Of a DNA stretch of 64,000 bases, positions 20,943 through 31,212 are shown in pieces. The DNA is from an uncultured delta proteobacterium (GTDB lineage: Bacteria; Myxococcota_A; Polyangia; Polyangiales; Polyangiaceae): assembly GCA_963806225.1 (NCBI GenBank), contig CAWDXG010000004.1, forward strand, positions 5,600,001 through 5,664,000, given 5' to 3'. Below the pieces are notes generated by a model, which was not told where the DNA came from, made no database searches, and was given only the letters and a program-made list of their open reading frames with translations. Each line of letters starts with the position of its first letter. The stretch's first letter is position 1. A program made the position numbers and the translations under genes.

Positions 20943-21121
20943 TGTCTTCCTCCTTGTCCCGGGTCCGGCTGGAAACGCCCAGCGCGTCTCCTGGCCAAAT
21001 GGGGTCAGGGTGAGAGTCACAACAGGCATTGAATCAATCAATACGGGATGCCCGCTACGTAGCAACCGCAGCTGTGCGTTCTGGGGGGCCTAGAGATTCT
21101 CTCCGCCGAAGTAGTAGGTGA

Positions 21122-21493
21122 GCGCGAGCGAACCGGTCGTCAGACCCGGAACTCCGCCGCCACCTCGCCCGCGAGCTCGCGGAAGGGACGGCGGCGGGCT
21201 TCGAGACGACGCCGATCGCCGTCAGGGGCGAGCCCGCGACAAAGCTCGTGATCCGGAGCGCGCCCACGCGCGACCTCGGTGCGCGCGTTCTGGCGGCGGC
21301 GCGCGAGTGGAAGCTCACGCCGCGGCAGGCCCAGGTGCTCGCGTTCGTCGCCGTGGGCGAGAGCAACAAGCTCATCGCCGCCAAGCTCGGCTGCGCGCTG
21401 CGCACCGCGGAGGTCCATGTGACGGCGCTCTTGCGCAAGGCGGGCTGCGCGTCGCGGACGGAGCTGGCGGCGCGCCTTGGAAAGGTGGGGTAG
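21122..21493 (+). pseudogene. 3' fragment of the same LuxR-type regulator (copy 3)
   Basis: LAEGTAAGFETTPIAVRGEP..WKLTPRQAQVL..SNKLIAAKLGCALRTAEVHV; no N-terminal domain, stop codons upstream. Confidence 0.8.
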
Positions 21494-21864
21494 GCGTCGG
21501 CTTCGCCAAGCTGCCGGCAGCAGCGGCGCGGCTAGGCCAGCACTTTCTTCACCCGCGCCGCTCGTGCCGAAGTCGGTCGAGTACACGCTGGGGGCTGGCG
21601 CTGCAGGACGCTGCATAGCGGTTTCCACGTATTGTGATCTTTGCGCTCGCGTGTACCGTGGAGAGTGCTGTCTCTCATCCGACGAGCGACGGCGCGAACG
21701 GGCGTGACAGCGTCAACTCGAAATCCGATGGGACAGGTGCCGGAGAGCCCCGCTGGCAGAATCCCGGCAGCTGGATGCTGTATGGGGTCAGCTGGGGGGC
21801 GGCGTGCTGACCGCTCCGATTCCAGCGTGACGTCAGCCCGCACCAGCGAGCCCGGAGGAGATCT

Positions 21865-22935
21865 GTGAGGCGATTCGACGTGGTCAAGGTCCTGGCCGCC
21901 GGCGCATTGATGCTGAGCGCGGCCCAAGCTCGTGCCGAGCCGACGGCTTCCGAGAAGGCGATGGCGATCCAGCTCTTCGATGACGCCCACAAGCAGATGG
22001 CCGCCGGGAACTACGCGGTCGCATGCCAGAAGTATCGCGACAGCCAGCGGCTCGACCCGCAACTTGGCACGTTGCTCCACCTCGCCGAGTGCTACGAGAA
22101 GTCCGGCAAGACGGCCAGCGCGTGGGCGAGCTTCATGGACGCGATCGAGGTTGCCGACAAACGCGGTGATCCGCGTGCAAAGCCGGCTCGCGAGCACGCG
22201 ACCGCACTACGCGCCAGGTTGTCGATGCTGACGATCAACGTGACGAGTCCGATGGCCCCGGGCATCGAAGTCCGGCTGGACGGCGAGTCGCTCGAGCGCG
22301 CAGCGTGGGGTCTGCCGGAACCCGTCGACCCGGGCTCCCACAAGATCCTGGCGAACGCGCCGGGCCGGCGTCCATGGGCCAACACCGTCAACGTGGGTGC
22401 GAATGCTGCGAAGGTCGCCGTCACCGTTCCGGAGCTCCTGGCGCCCCCCGCGGAACAGCCGAAGACGGCAGCTCCGCCGCCCACGCCCAAGCGCGCTTCG
22501 CCGGCCGCGAAAGCCCCACCGGCTGCGCCATCGAAGGCCCCGCCCGTTGCGCCAGCCCGGCCCTCGTCGTCGCCCCTTCCGCCTCCGGACACGCCGCCCG
22601 ACGAAATGAAAACCAATCGTGGAGGCACGCAGCGAACGATCGGGGTCGTCGTCACCGCTCTGGGAGCCGCCGGACTTGCTGCGGGCGGAGTGCTTGGTCT
22701 CACCGCCAAGTCGAAGTTCAACGACGCATTCAGCCACTGCGACGGAAACCAGTGTGATGCCACGGGCCTCGCGCTCCGTCATGAGGCGGTGTCGCGCGGC
22801 AACCTCGCCACCATCGTCGTCGGCGTTGGCGCGGGTGTCCTCGCTGTTGGAAGTATCATCTGGCTTGCTGCACCGCACGGAACGACAGAGGTCGGACTCG
22901 GTCCCGCGACGGTGTCGGTCAGAGGACGGTTTTGA
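21865..22935 (+). CDS. Exported TPR/PEGA-like protein (paralog of 6114..7070)
   Basis: RBS ggagga; signal peptide; TPR (ACQKYRDSQRLDP..LAECYEKSGKTASAW); PVDPGSH; GGTQRTIG hairpin; ends VRGRF. Confidence 0.8.
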   Translation: MRRFDVVKVLAAGALMLSAAQARAEPTASEKAMAIQLFDDAHKQMAAGNYAVACQKYRDSQRLDPQLGTLLHLAECYEKSGKTASAWASFMDAIEVADKRGDPRAKPAREHATALRARLSMLTINVTSPMAPGIEVRLDGESLERAAWGLPEPVDPGSHKILANAPGRRPWANTVNVGANAAKVAVTVPELLAPPAEQPKTAAPPPTPKRASPAAKAPPAAPSKAPPVAPARPSSSPLPPPDTPPDEMKTNRGGTQRTIGVVVTALGAAGLAAGGVLGLTAKSKFNDAFSHCDGNQCDATGLALRHEAVSRGNLATIVVGVGAGVLAVGSIIWLAAPHGTTEVGLGPATVSVRGRF

Positions 22936-24020
22936 TGCGTCGCATAGGCGCGATAGGCCGTGTTCGGGGGGCTGGTGGGAGTCGTGGCAGAGTGCTCGAT
23001 GTGTTGCGGCTCCTCGTCTGCGGTGCCGCGTTGCTGTGTGCACCCCGTGCCATTGCCAATCCGCCGGCTCCGGAAGGGAGCACTGGACCCCACACGCAGC
23101 CTCCCCCACCGTCCGAACCGACACCGGGCAGAGTCGACCACGTCGGCGTGGCCCGGTGGTCGGAAACGCTGGGGTTCGTGCAGCCCTCGGGCGCGCCTTC
23201 CCCTGCCGCATCCCCTTCGGCCAAGAGCGCGGTGATCCAGGTGCCGCCCGGCGCGCCTGGGTCTGCAACTGCCGCGACTCCCGCGGCCGACGCGGCGGAC
23301 TCCAACGCCGACCCGGGGCTGGACACGACGGTGTTCCAACTCGGCATCGGAAGCCTGCAGGTAGTTCCGACCGACAACGGCAGGAATCATCCGTTTGTCG
23401 ACATCCACATGCTCGAATTCCTCTCGGCAATCCGCTACGCCCGGCGCGGCCCGAACAAACTGGTCGGGTTCTGGTTGGACGGGCGGCTGAGCGGGGGATG
23501 GGGAACCCAGGGATCAGACGCTCTGATCGGCCTTCCTTCGCACATCGAAGCCCAGGCGGTCATGGCAGACGCGGACGTCGGCGTAGATGCTCACCCCATC
23601 CCGCAATTCCGGGAGGTGGGGATTGGCCCTCTGGTTGGCCTCGATATGCATTTCATGCGCGCGAAGTTCGTGAGTGATGGCGACATTCCCGTCGACGATT
23701 CAGGTGAGAGCCTGGAGGTCTATCCCAACCTTGTCTTCGGCGCGCACCTGCACTTCGTCTGGGGACACACCGAAGTTCCGCGGGTGTACGCCGACTCGAC
23801 GTTCTCGTGGCACAAGGGAAAGGACGAGACGGGCCAGTACCTCACGCTCGAAGCCGGAGGTCGCCTTGGGTCATCGGTGATCCTATGGGGCCGGTTGGAC
23901 AAGCGCGTCGGGGCGTCGGGGACTGTCAGCGACAGCGACGGAACAACCAACTCGAACTTCGTGGCCGCGGCCATGCCGGTCGCTGCAAGCTACATGCTCG
24001 GCATCGGCTTCGAGCTCTGA
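22935..24020 (+). CDS. Hypothetical exported protein, possible outer-membrane beta-barrel
   Basis: Signal peptide, Pro-rich linker, alternating beta-strand pattern ending YMLGIGFEL. Confidence 0.55.
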   Translation: MRRIGAIGRVRGAGGSRGRVLDVLRLLVCGAALLCAPRAIANPPAPEGSTGPHTQPPPPSEPTPGRVDHVGVARWSETLGFVQPSGAPSPAASPSAKSAVIQVPPGAPGSATAATPAADAADSNADPGLDTTVFQLGIGSLQVVPTDNGRNHPFVDIHMLEFLSAIRYARRGPNKLVGFWLDGRLSGGWGTQGSDALIGLPSHIEAQAVMADADVGVDAHPIPQFREVGIGPLVGLDMHFMRAKFVSDGDIPVDDSGESLEVYPNLVFGAHLHFVWGHTEVPRVYADSTFSWHKGKDETGQYLTLEAGGRLGSSVILWGRLDKRVGASGTVSDSDGTTNSNFVAAAMPVAASYMLGIGFEL

Positions 24021-24030
24021 GGTGTGCGTC

Positions 24031-26631
24031 ATGAAGGCGATCCCGGCACTTTCTACGACAACCCAACGCCTCCTCCTGGGGACCACCTTGTGCCTGTCGG
24101 TTCTGGTGCTTGCCGGATGCGCGCGGCACGGAGCGGGATTGCCTCCGAATCTGCCCGCTCCTCTGCTGCCGCACCATCAGCTGGTCATCTATGCGCCGCA
24201 CGGTTGGCAGTGTCCCGTGGTTGGCGCCGCTTCCGAGGGCGATCTCGAGGACGGCGAGGGCAAGCCCCTCGACGGCTACGACCAGCCCACCACCGTCATG
24301 GTGAAGGACACCGAAGAGCACGGAACGTGGCTGGCGCTGGAGGTGCAGAGCCCGGGCCAGAAAGCCCGATGGTTGCGCGTCCCGCACAGCACGGCCGTCC
24401 CCTGTCTACTTGCCGATGCCGACGCGCTCCAGCGAGCCCTGGACCAGATCGGGAAGCGTCTGGTCTTCACGCCGTGGAAGCCAGCGTGCCATGAGTTGCA
24501 CATAGCTGGCCAGGCGCTGGACGCTCTATTCATCGAGAACAGTCCGGGCGTGCTGCCGAAAGTCACGGCGCTAGCACTCGGACCCGAGTCGGCAACCGAG
24601 CGCGCCGCGAACAAGTCGGGTACTGCGTTATGGCTCGACATCAAGAAGTCCGGGCTGGCCGTGCGTGCGGACGTCGCCGAGAAGTGCTTCAGCCGCGAGG
24701 GCGATGCACAAGCCGAGCCGCCCGAACGCCTCACGAAGAGATTGCGCATACCGCCCGGGCTATGTCGCTCCGAGACTGCCCGGGGCCGGCGCTACTTCGA
24801 GTGTCAGACATCGCTCGGTGTGTGGACTGGCGCCGTTTCGCCGACGGCGCTGGACCTGCGCCTGGTGCATCGCACGTTGGGAGACGTTCACTTCGCTGGC
24901 GCCTACCCGGTCTCTGGTGGGGCGTTCGCTCACGTCGTTGTGTCGGTCACGGAAGCGCGCACGCGCGACCGGCGGGAACAGCGCATCTACGCCATCACAG
25001 GTAGGGCGATTCGGCGAGCCCTTGTGCGCGCGGCCGGCGACTCCGTTCGCGTCGCTCCCGCGTCCGAGGCGGACGTGAACTACCGGGTGCGCCTGGCGGT
25101 AGCCAACGTCCGGATCGGGGAGCTACAAACCGGTCAAGCCAACGGAACGAGTCAGTACAAGGTGCGGGACGAGCAGGTACCGAATCCCCAGAAGGCGCAG
25201 GCCCGGGCAGCGTGGCAGCAGGCGCAGCAACAGGTGCCGCAGGCCCAGAGCACGTACCAGGCAAGGCAGGCGGCGCTGCGGCAGGCACAACAGAACTACC
25301 AGAACGATCAAAGGCAATACCAGCAGAACAAGCAAGCTCAGCAGAGGCTAGTGAGCGACTGCCGAAACCAGGCCAATAGCATCCAGGATGCAAATCAGCG
25401 GCAGATAGCACTGCTTGCGTGCAACGGCGGCGACGCCGCGGCATCCATCGCAATGAGCGGACCCAATCATGACGCAATCGACCAGGCACAGCAGGCAGTG
25501 GACCAGGCGCAGGACGCCATCACGAACGCCCAGCAGGCCGCCGATCAAGCGCAGCAGACCTGGCAGAACACTCCCGACACCATTACCCGGCCGGTCATGG
25601 CGAATTGGACCTATCGCAAGACCGTCTTCAGCCGGTCGGCGTCTGCGACGCTCCAGCTCGTTCTCGGCGAGCGCGGCGTTGCGAACGACCGCACCGACTC
25701 GCAGACCGTGCGCGTCGAGTGGCAGGACTACCAGGTGCAGGCTGATCCCGCGCACAACGTCGTCGGCCACTTGCCGCAACGAAAACCCATGACCGATGCG
25801 GATGCGCTTCTGCCGCTTCTCGCCAATCGAGTCGGCGATGTCCTGGCGGCGAAGCTGAAAGCGGCGATTGCCACCGCGACCATGAGCGAGGCGAAGCGGG
25901 CGTTCCGCCAAGCAGGGAACCACACGGATCGTCCGGGCTTCGAAGTAGTCGACGCCCTGGCTTTCCGGATCGCTGGGCGCCGGCTTGAGAAGGCAGTCCT
26001 GCAAGGGACCGCCACGCTGGGAGGCAGCGGGGCCTACACGCTGCCACTGGCGGACGTCCAGCCGGGACAGTGCCTGCTCGGCGTGGCAGCTATCGCGCAG
26101 AACGCGAAGCCCGCACATCTCGCGCTGGGCACCTCGGACGGCGCGTACGCCGACCTCAGGCAGAGGCGGACGACCTGGGTCGAGATCTGTGGCGGCGGGC
26201 CGACGTCGACGGACGCGCCCGGCGCCCTGCTGCTGAGGAGTGACCAGCCCACGTCGGTCCGCTGGGGCTTGTACCGCACGTCCGACTCGTTCCCCGGCCA
26301 GGCCCAGTCCGCGCCTACTACTCCACCGAGTCGAGCGCCGCTGCCACCGAAGCGACCTGCCCGCTCGCCGGCGAAGGCGCCCGAGCGATTCCAGCCTGCG
26401 GCGTCCTCGCCCCGGGCCACGGGCTGCACGAAGGACGCGGACTGCAAGGGCGCGCGGATCTGCCAACGAGGACATTGCGTCAATCCTCCGCCCAAGCCGG
26501 CTACGCCGCCCGCGGCACATCCTCCGGTGTCCACGGCGCCCGCGGCAAAGGCCAAGCCGGTCGCCAAACCGCGAAAGAGCGTGCCTCCCCCCGCAACCGT
26601 ACCCGGAGATGAGTTTGGAGGGCGACAATGA
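24031..26631 (+). CDS. Large hypothetical lipoprotein with Gln-rich coiled coil
   Basis: LAGC lipobox; Q/A-rich helix; C-terminal CTKDADCKGARIC mini-domain and Pro-rich tail. Confidence 0.7.
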   Translation: MKAIPALSTTTQRLLLGTTLCLSVLVLAGCARHGAGLPPNLPAPLLPHHQLVIYAPHGWQCPVVGAASEGDLEDGEGKPLDGYDQPTTVMVKDTEEHGTWLALEVQSPGQKARWLRVPHSTAVPCLLADADALQRALDQIGKRLVFTPWKPACHELHIAGQALDALFIENSPGVLPKVTALALGPESATERAANKSGTALWLDIKKSGLAVRADVAEKCFSREGDAQAEPPERLTKRLRIPPGLCRSETARGRRYFECQTSLGVWTGAVSPTALDLRLVHRTLGDVHFAGAYPVSGGAFAHVVVSVTEARTRDRREQRIYAITGRAIRRALVRAAGDSVRVAPASEADVNYRVRLAVANVRIGELQTGQANGTSQYKVRDEQVPNPQKAQARAAWQQAQQQVPQAQSTYQARQAALRQAQQNYQNDQRQYQQNKQAQQRLVSDCRNQANSIQDANQRQIALLACNGGDAAASIAMSGPNHDAIDQAQQAVDQAQDAITNAQQAADQAQQTWQNTPDTITRPVMANWTYRKTVFSRSASATLQLVLGERGVANDRTDSQTVRVEWQDYQVQADPAHNVVGHLPQRKPMTDADALLPLLANRVGDVLAAKLKAAIATATMSEAKRAFRQAGNHTDRPGFEVVDALAFRIAGRRLEKAVLQGTATLGGSGAYTLPLADVQPGQCLLGVAAIAQNAKPAHLALGTSDGAYADLRQRRTTWVEICGGGPTSTDAPGALLLRSDQPTSVRWGLYRTSDSFPGQAQSAPTTPPSRAPLPPKRPARSPAKAPERFQPAASSPRATGCTKDADCKGARICQRGHCVNPPPKPATPPAAHPPVSTAPAAKAKPVAKPRKSVPPPATVPGDEFGGRQ

Positions 26632-26708
26632 GCTGCTCCCACCTGGGGCGTCGCTGCCCGTTCTGCGGCTCGCAGCCAGCTAGCCCGGATTCCTCGTGGA
26701 GTGTCAGG

Positions 26709-28040
26709 ATGAACCGGTTGCGTGGACGGGGAATCCGCCACGCGTCGACGTTCGTAGCGTTGCTCGCACTCGCGGGCTGCAACGCGATACTTGGTGTGTC
26801 GGACGGGACGCCGCGGAAGAGCAACGCCAGCGGAGGCAGCGCCGGTGCGAGCGGTGGCGGAACGAGCGGGATGGCTGGCGCGGCTGGCATTGGAGGCGGG
26901 CTCGGGATCGGTTCGGGCGGCACTACCGGTGCCGACGGGGGCAACACGGACGGCGGCCCGGGAGGCGCAGGCGGCGCTCCGACATGCGGCCCGACGGCGC
27001 ACGTGTCCGAAATCGGCTCGCTGCTTCAAGCGCGTTGGGACCATCTGGCCGCGCGGTTGCCGGACGGTCGAATCTTGATTGTGGGGGGGCAGCCGGTGGC
27101 CAGCGGACAGCGAACCGCCAGCTCGGAGCTCGTCGACCCGGGGACAGGTCAGGCTGCGCCATCGGGCAACCTGGCCACGGCCCGATGCCGGGCAACGATC
27201 GACGTGACCGCCAAGGGATCGCTGTTGGTCGTCGGTGGGGACGGGCCCAACAGCGGATACCTGAGCAGCACGGAACAATACGACCTGTCGACGGCGCAGT
27301 GGTCAGCGGGCCCGGTCTTGGCGCAAAATCGCGGCTACCACGCCCACGCCAGGTTGTCGGACGGACGAATCATGGTGGCGGGTGGGATTGCGGACAACAC
27401 GCACGTGATCGCGTCCGCCGAGCTGTTGACCGGAGGCGCATGGCTCACGGTATCGCCGCTCCTGCACCCGCGCTCGTATTTCCGCATGACCACGCTCGAT
27501 GACGGTCGCGTGCTCGCTACCGGCGGCTACGACGGGAGCGACTGGTGGGTTCAGACTGCGCCGACCGTGTTGTCGAGCGCCGAGCTGTTCGATCCCGCAA
27601 CGTCCCAGTGGACTGCTGCTTCCCCCATGACGGCCCCTCGTCGCGAGCACACGGCCACGCTGCTGCAAGACGGGACGGTGCTGATCGCTGGAGGCGTCAA
27701 CCAGAGCGGTGCGCTGAAGAGTGCGGAGCGCTTCGATCCCAAGACCGCTACGTTCACTCCCGTCGGATCGATGCATGACGCACATGCTTACGGTACCGCG
27801 ACGCTTCTGCCAGATGGTCACGTGCTCGTTGCCGGTGGTCTTGGCACGGGCCTTGCGGCAGTCGCAACGACGGACATTTTCGACCCCGCGACCAACACAT
27901 TCCAGGCCGGTCCAGCGCTGGAACACGCCCGGTGGGGACACACGGCCACGCTCGCGGACGGGTGCTCGGTTCTCATCGTGGGGGGGATGTCGGGAAACAA
28001 CGTCCTCGCAAGCATCGAGCGGGTGAGCTTCGGTCCGTGA
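26709..28040 (+). CDS. Kelch-repeat (galactose oxidase-like propeller) lipoprotein
   Basis: LAGC lipobox; repeated R..HTATLL.DG.VL..GG and SAELFDP motifs. Confidence 0.88.
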   Translation: MNRLRGRGIRHASTFVALLALAGCNAILGVSDGTPRKSNASGGSAGASGGGTSGMAGAAGIGGGLGIGSGGTTGADGGNTDGGPGGAGGAPTCGPTAHVSEIGSLLQARWDHLAARLPDGRILIVGGQPVASGQRTASSELVDPGTGQAAPSGNLATARCRATIDVTAKGSLLVVGGDGPNSGYLSSTEQYDLSTAQWSAGPVLAQNRGYHAHARLSDGRIMVAGGIADNTHVIASAELLTGGAWLTVSPLLHPRSYFRMTTLDDGRVLATGGYDGSDWWVQTAPTVLSSAELFDPATSQWTAASPMTAPRREHTATLLQDGTVLIAGGVNQSGALKSAERFDPKTATFTPVGSMHDAHAYGTATLLPDGHVLVAGGLGTGLAAVATTDIFDPATNTFQAGPALEHARWGHTATLADGCSVLIVGGMSGNNVLASIERVSFGP

Positions 28041-28053
28041 GGGTACCGGTACC

Positions 28054-29100
28054 ATGGCGCTGACAACATTCACGAGGAGCACGAGAATGCGCGGGGTGCG
28101 TCGACAGGGAATCCGCTTCGGTTCGACAATCGTGGCCTTGGTCACGCTCCTTGGCTGCAACGCCATACTGGGGATTTCCGAGGGGACGCCGCGGAAGACC
28201 GACGGAGGCGCCGACGCCGGCGACTGCACGTCTCCGACCTGCAACTGTTTCTCCGCCTGTGCCACCTGCACCTGCGAGCATTACCAGGATCCGACGATGT
28301 GCTCGTCGGCCTGCGGCAGCGGAGGCAGTGCGGGCTCGCATGGGACCGGGGGCGCGTACGGCACCGGGGGCTCCGGCGTGGGAGGCTCGTACGGGGCCGG
28401 AGGCTACGGGACAGGAGGCTACGGGACAGGTGGCTCGTCTGGCACGGGGCCCTCCGGAACCGGCGGTGCAGGCTCGGGGGGAGCAAGCTCGTGCCCTGGT
28501 GCGCCTGCTGGCAGCCCCTGTTCGCTCGTGGCGCCGCAGTGCGGGTGTGGGCCGGGGCTAGGCTGCTACGTCAAGGACGACGGCAGTACGTACTGTGCGG
28601 CGGCGGGTAGCGTGCAGCCCTATCAGTCCTGCGGCAGCGGCAGTGAATGCGCGCCGGGTGGCCTGTGCCTCTACCATTCAGGCAAGCCCACCTACTGCGC
28701 ACCCTATTGCAAGACCGACAGCGACTGCGCCGGCTACGGTGCCTGCCTTCCTCTCGGGAAAAATCAGGGCACGGGATCGGTTCCAAACGCCGGGTACTGT
28801 GCCTCCGGGTGCGACCTCGACAACCCGGCAGCGACGTGTGGAGCGGGTCTCGGTTGCTACACCTTCCAGACTGCGAGCGGAGGGGTCACCACCGACTGCT
28901 ATCCGGTTGGGACAGCTACCGGGGCCAACGGATGCGCGAGCAACCAGAGCGCCTGCGCCCCGGGCTACGTGTGCTTGACCTCCGGCGACTGCCGTCGCTG
29001 GTGCCGGGTTGACAAGAACGACTGCCCGAGCGGGACGAGCTGCACGTCTTTGACCCCGAACGTCGTTGTCAACGGCATCAACTACGGCGTCTGCCTGTAG
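28054..29100 (+). CDS. Cys-rich lipoprotein
   Basis: LLGC lipobox, Gly-rich linker, multiple Cys modules (CSLVAPQCGC, CAPGYVC). Confidence 0.75.
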   Translation: MALTTFTRSTRMRGVRRQGIRFGSTIVALVTLLGCNAILGISEGTPRKTDGGADAGDCTSPTCNCFSACATCTCEHYQDPTMCSSACGSGGSAGSHGTGGAYGTGGSGVGGSYGAGGYGTGGYGTGGSSGTGPSGTGGAGSGGASSCPGAPAGSPCSLVAPQCGCGPGLGCYVKDDGSTYCAAAGSVQPYQSCGSGSECAPGGLCLYHSGKPTYCAPYCKTDSDCAGYGACLPLGKNQGTGSVPNAGYCASGCDLDNPAATCGAGLGCYTFQTASGGVTTDCYPVGTATGANGCASNQSACAPGYVCLTSGDCRRWCRVDKNDCPSGTSCTSLTPNVVVNGINYGVCL

Positions 29101-29135
29101 TAGCGGGTGGCATGCTATCCCAGGGATCTCCGGAG

Positions 29136-29186
29136 GGCTGCGCGACGCGGACGGAGCTGGTGGCGCGGCTTGGGCGGGCGGAGTAG
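29136..29186 (+). pseudogene. Terminal 16 codons plus stop of the LuxR-type regulator (copy 4 remnant)
   Basis: Reads GCATRTELVARLGRAE*; 29142-29168 is identical over 27 nt to 19732-19758. Confidence 0.7.
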
Positions 29187-29191
29187 CGCCG

Positions 29192-29944
29192 CTACCCGAC
29201 GAACTCCCGCACCGCGCGCACCGTCCCGTCGAAATCCTCGTACAACAGCGCGTGCCCCGCGCCGGGCACGATCTGCAGCGTGCCGTGCCGCACGCCTTCC
29301 GCGATGGTACGGCTGGCCTCGGCGGGGACGGCGGCGTCGAGCTCGCCGGCGCGGCAGAGGACGGGCATCGCGAGCTCGCCGAGGCGCGGGCGTTGATCGG
29401 CGGCGTCGGCGGCGGCGTCGAGCTCGGCGGCCAGATCCGCTGACGCGATGGCGTCGAGCCAGCTCGTGACGCCGGCGACCGCCGCGGGATGCGATGCGGC
29501 GAAGTCTGCCGACAGGAACTGGCCGGGCGCGACGGGGTGCAGATCCTGTCCCGCGCGCAGCGCCTCGGCGAAGCCGTGGAAGGCCGCCTGGTGCTCGGGA
29601 TCGAGCCCGGCGAGGCCGGCGAGCGAGACGATTCTCCCGACGCGGAGCTTGCCGCGCAGCGCCAGGCCGATGGCGTGCCACGCGCCGCCGGAGAAGCCGA
29701 TCAGCGTCGCTTCATGGACGCCGTGTGAGGCGAGCGTCTCCTCGATGAGCTCGCGGCAGCGCTCCATGCTGTACGGAGCGGGCAGCGGCGGCGACTTGCC
29801 GTAGCCGGGCAGGTGCACGACGAAGGTGCGATGCGAGCCGGAAAGCTCGCGGGCGAGCGGAGCAAGATGGTCAGGCCGGGTCGGCATGCCGTGCAGCAGC
29901 ACGACGGGCGAGCCCAGATCGCCCTGGATATCAACGTGGAGCAA
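29192..29944 (-). CDS. Alpha/beta fold hydrolase
   Basis: VLLHG, LPGYGKS, nucleophile elbow GFSGG, GELD, GAGH. Confidence 0.9.
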   Translation of the reverse strand: MLHVDIQGDLGSPVVLLHGMPTRPDHLAPLARELSGSHRTFVVHLPGYGKSPPLPAPYSMERCRELIEETLASHGVHEATLIGFSGGAWHAIGLALRGKLRVGRIVSLAGLAGLDPEHQAAFHGFAEALRAGQDLHPVAPGQFLSADFAASHPAAVAGVTSWLDAIASADLAAELDAAADAADQRPRLGELAMPVLCRAGELDAAVPAEASRTIAEGVRHGTLQIVPGAGHALLYEDFDGTVRAVREFVG

Positions 29945-30117
29945 TCAAGACACCAAGGGTAGAAACAACGACATCTGAACAGCGTGTTTCTCCGCATTAT
30001 TCCCGCTCCCCGTTCGATTTCCGTGTCGGCTTCACTCCGCTTGATGTGGGTCAACTCCGGGGCTGCTGCCCGGAATTTCCCGCTTGTCGATCGACGTCCG
30101 GCGCTTGAAGATGACGG

Positions 30118-31212
30118 ATGGCGCTCCTCGCGCGTGAGGGGCGGCCTGGCTTTCACTGCCTCGAAGGAGGGTGTGCGGAGAGGGTGCAGCGGCTGGCTGA
30201 CAACGTGATCCGTCGGATCGACGAGTCGCTGGGCAATGTGCCTGTCGACGGCGGCGCGCTTCCGGAGGAGTGCGTGCGTGAGCTCTCGTCGCTGCTGCGT
30301 GCGGAGCGCTTCTGCGCGCTCGGACGGGGGCCGGGGCCAGGCGGCTCTGTACCCGAGCTAGCGATCTGTCGCGGGTTTCCACCAGGAATCGAAGCAAAGC
30401 GGCGCGTACTGGAGGTGCTCGACCGTTGCGCCGAGCTCGGCCCGCCCGCGTTCGATGTCGCGAACCCGACCGCAGCGGCGGCGCTTCCAGGGCGGGTGGT
30501 GCGGCCGCTGGCGGAGTTGTCGCCGGCGTCGCGCGGGCGCGCGCGGGAGCTTCTGCGCGGGCTGGGCATCGCGGGGTACGACGTGATGCGGGTCGTGGTG
30601 TGCGACGGGTCGGCGTTCCTGGCGTGGGTGGGCGTGATGCGCCGGACGGAGTTCACTGAACAGGAGCTCCTCGCGTTCCAGCAGGTCGTGCCGCAGCTCC
30701 GCGCTCACCTGGCGCTCGCGCAGCGGCTGCGCCACGCCGAGCTCTTCGAAGCCGGGTTCGCCACCGTGCTGGAGGCGCTCGCGGAGCCGGCGTTCCTGCT
30801 GCGTCGCGACGGGAGGCTGGTCGCTTCCAACCGGGCTGCGGGCGAGCTCGGGCTGGCGCCGGCCGAGCTCCGTGAACAGCTCGGTCGCGCGCTGTCGGAC
30901 CAGGCGGCGGAGTGGAGCGCGCGCCCCGTCGGTTCCGGTCCGGAACCCGGCGGCTACCTGGTAGTGCGGCGCTGTGGCGGACTATCGAGCCGGGCTATCG
31001 CAACCGCGGGGCGGCGCTGGACGCTGACGCGCGCCGAGACGCGCGTGCTCGAGCGGCTCGCGCAAGGCTGTTCCAACAAGGAAATTGCCCGGGCGCTTTG
31101 CTGCTCGGTGCGCACGGTGGAGATCCACGTCTCGGCGATCCTGCGCAAAGGGAGCTGTGACAACCGGGCGGCGGTCGTGGCGGAGCTGGCGCGGATCGGA
31201 GGCAGCGCGTGA
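30118..31212 (+). CDS. LuxR-type regulator, divergent paralog (start uncertain)
   Basis: MRVVVCDGSAFLAWVG motif shared with the family; LTRAETRVLERLAQGCSNKEIA HTH. Confidence 0.82.
   Translation: MALLAREGRPGFHCLEGGCAERVQRLADNVIRRIDESLGNVPVDGGALPEECVRELSSLLRAERFCALGRGPGPGGSVPELAICRGFPPGIEAKRRVLEVLDRCAELGPPAFDVANPTAAAALPGRVVRPLAELSPASRGRARELLRGLGIAGYDVMRVVVCDGSAFLAWVGVMRRTEFTEQELLAFQQVVPQLRAHLALAQRLRHAELFEAGFATVLEALAEPAFLLRRDGRLVASNRAAGELGLAPAELREQLGRALSDQAAEWSARPVGSGPEPGGYLVVRRCGGLSSRAIATAGRRWTLTRAETRVLERLAQGCSNKEIARALCCSVRTVEIHVSAILRKGSCDNRAAVVAELARIGGSA

Noticed and set aside
21560..21640. LVPKSVEYTLGAGAAGRCIAVSTYCD, resembling a BtuF-like binding-protein fragment
   Set aside because: Too short and degenerate to support a feature call without a search.
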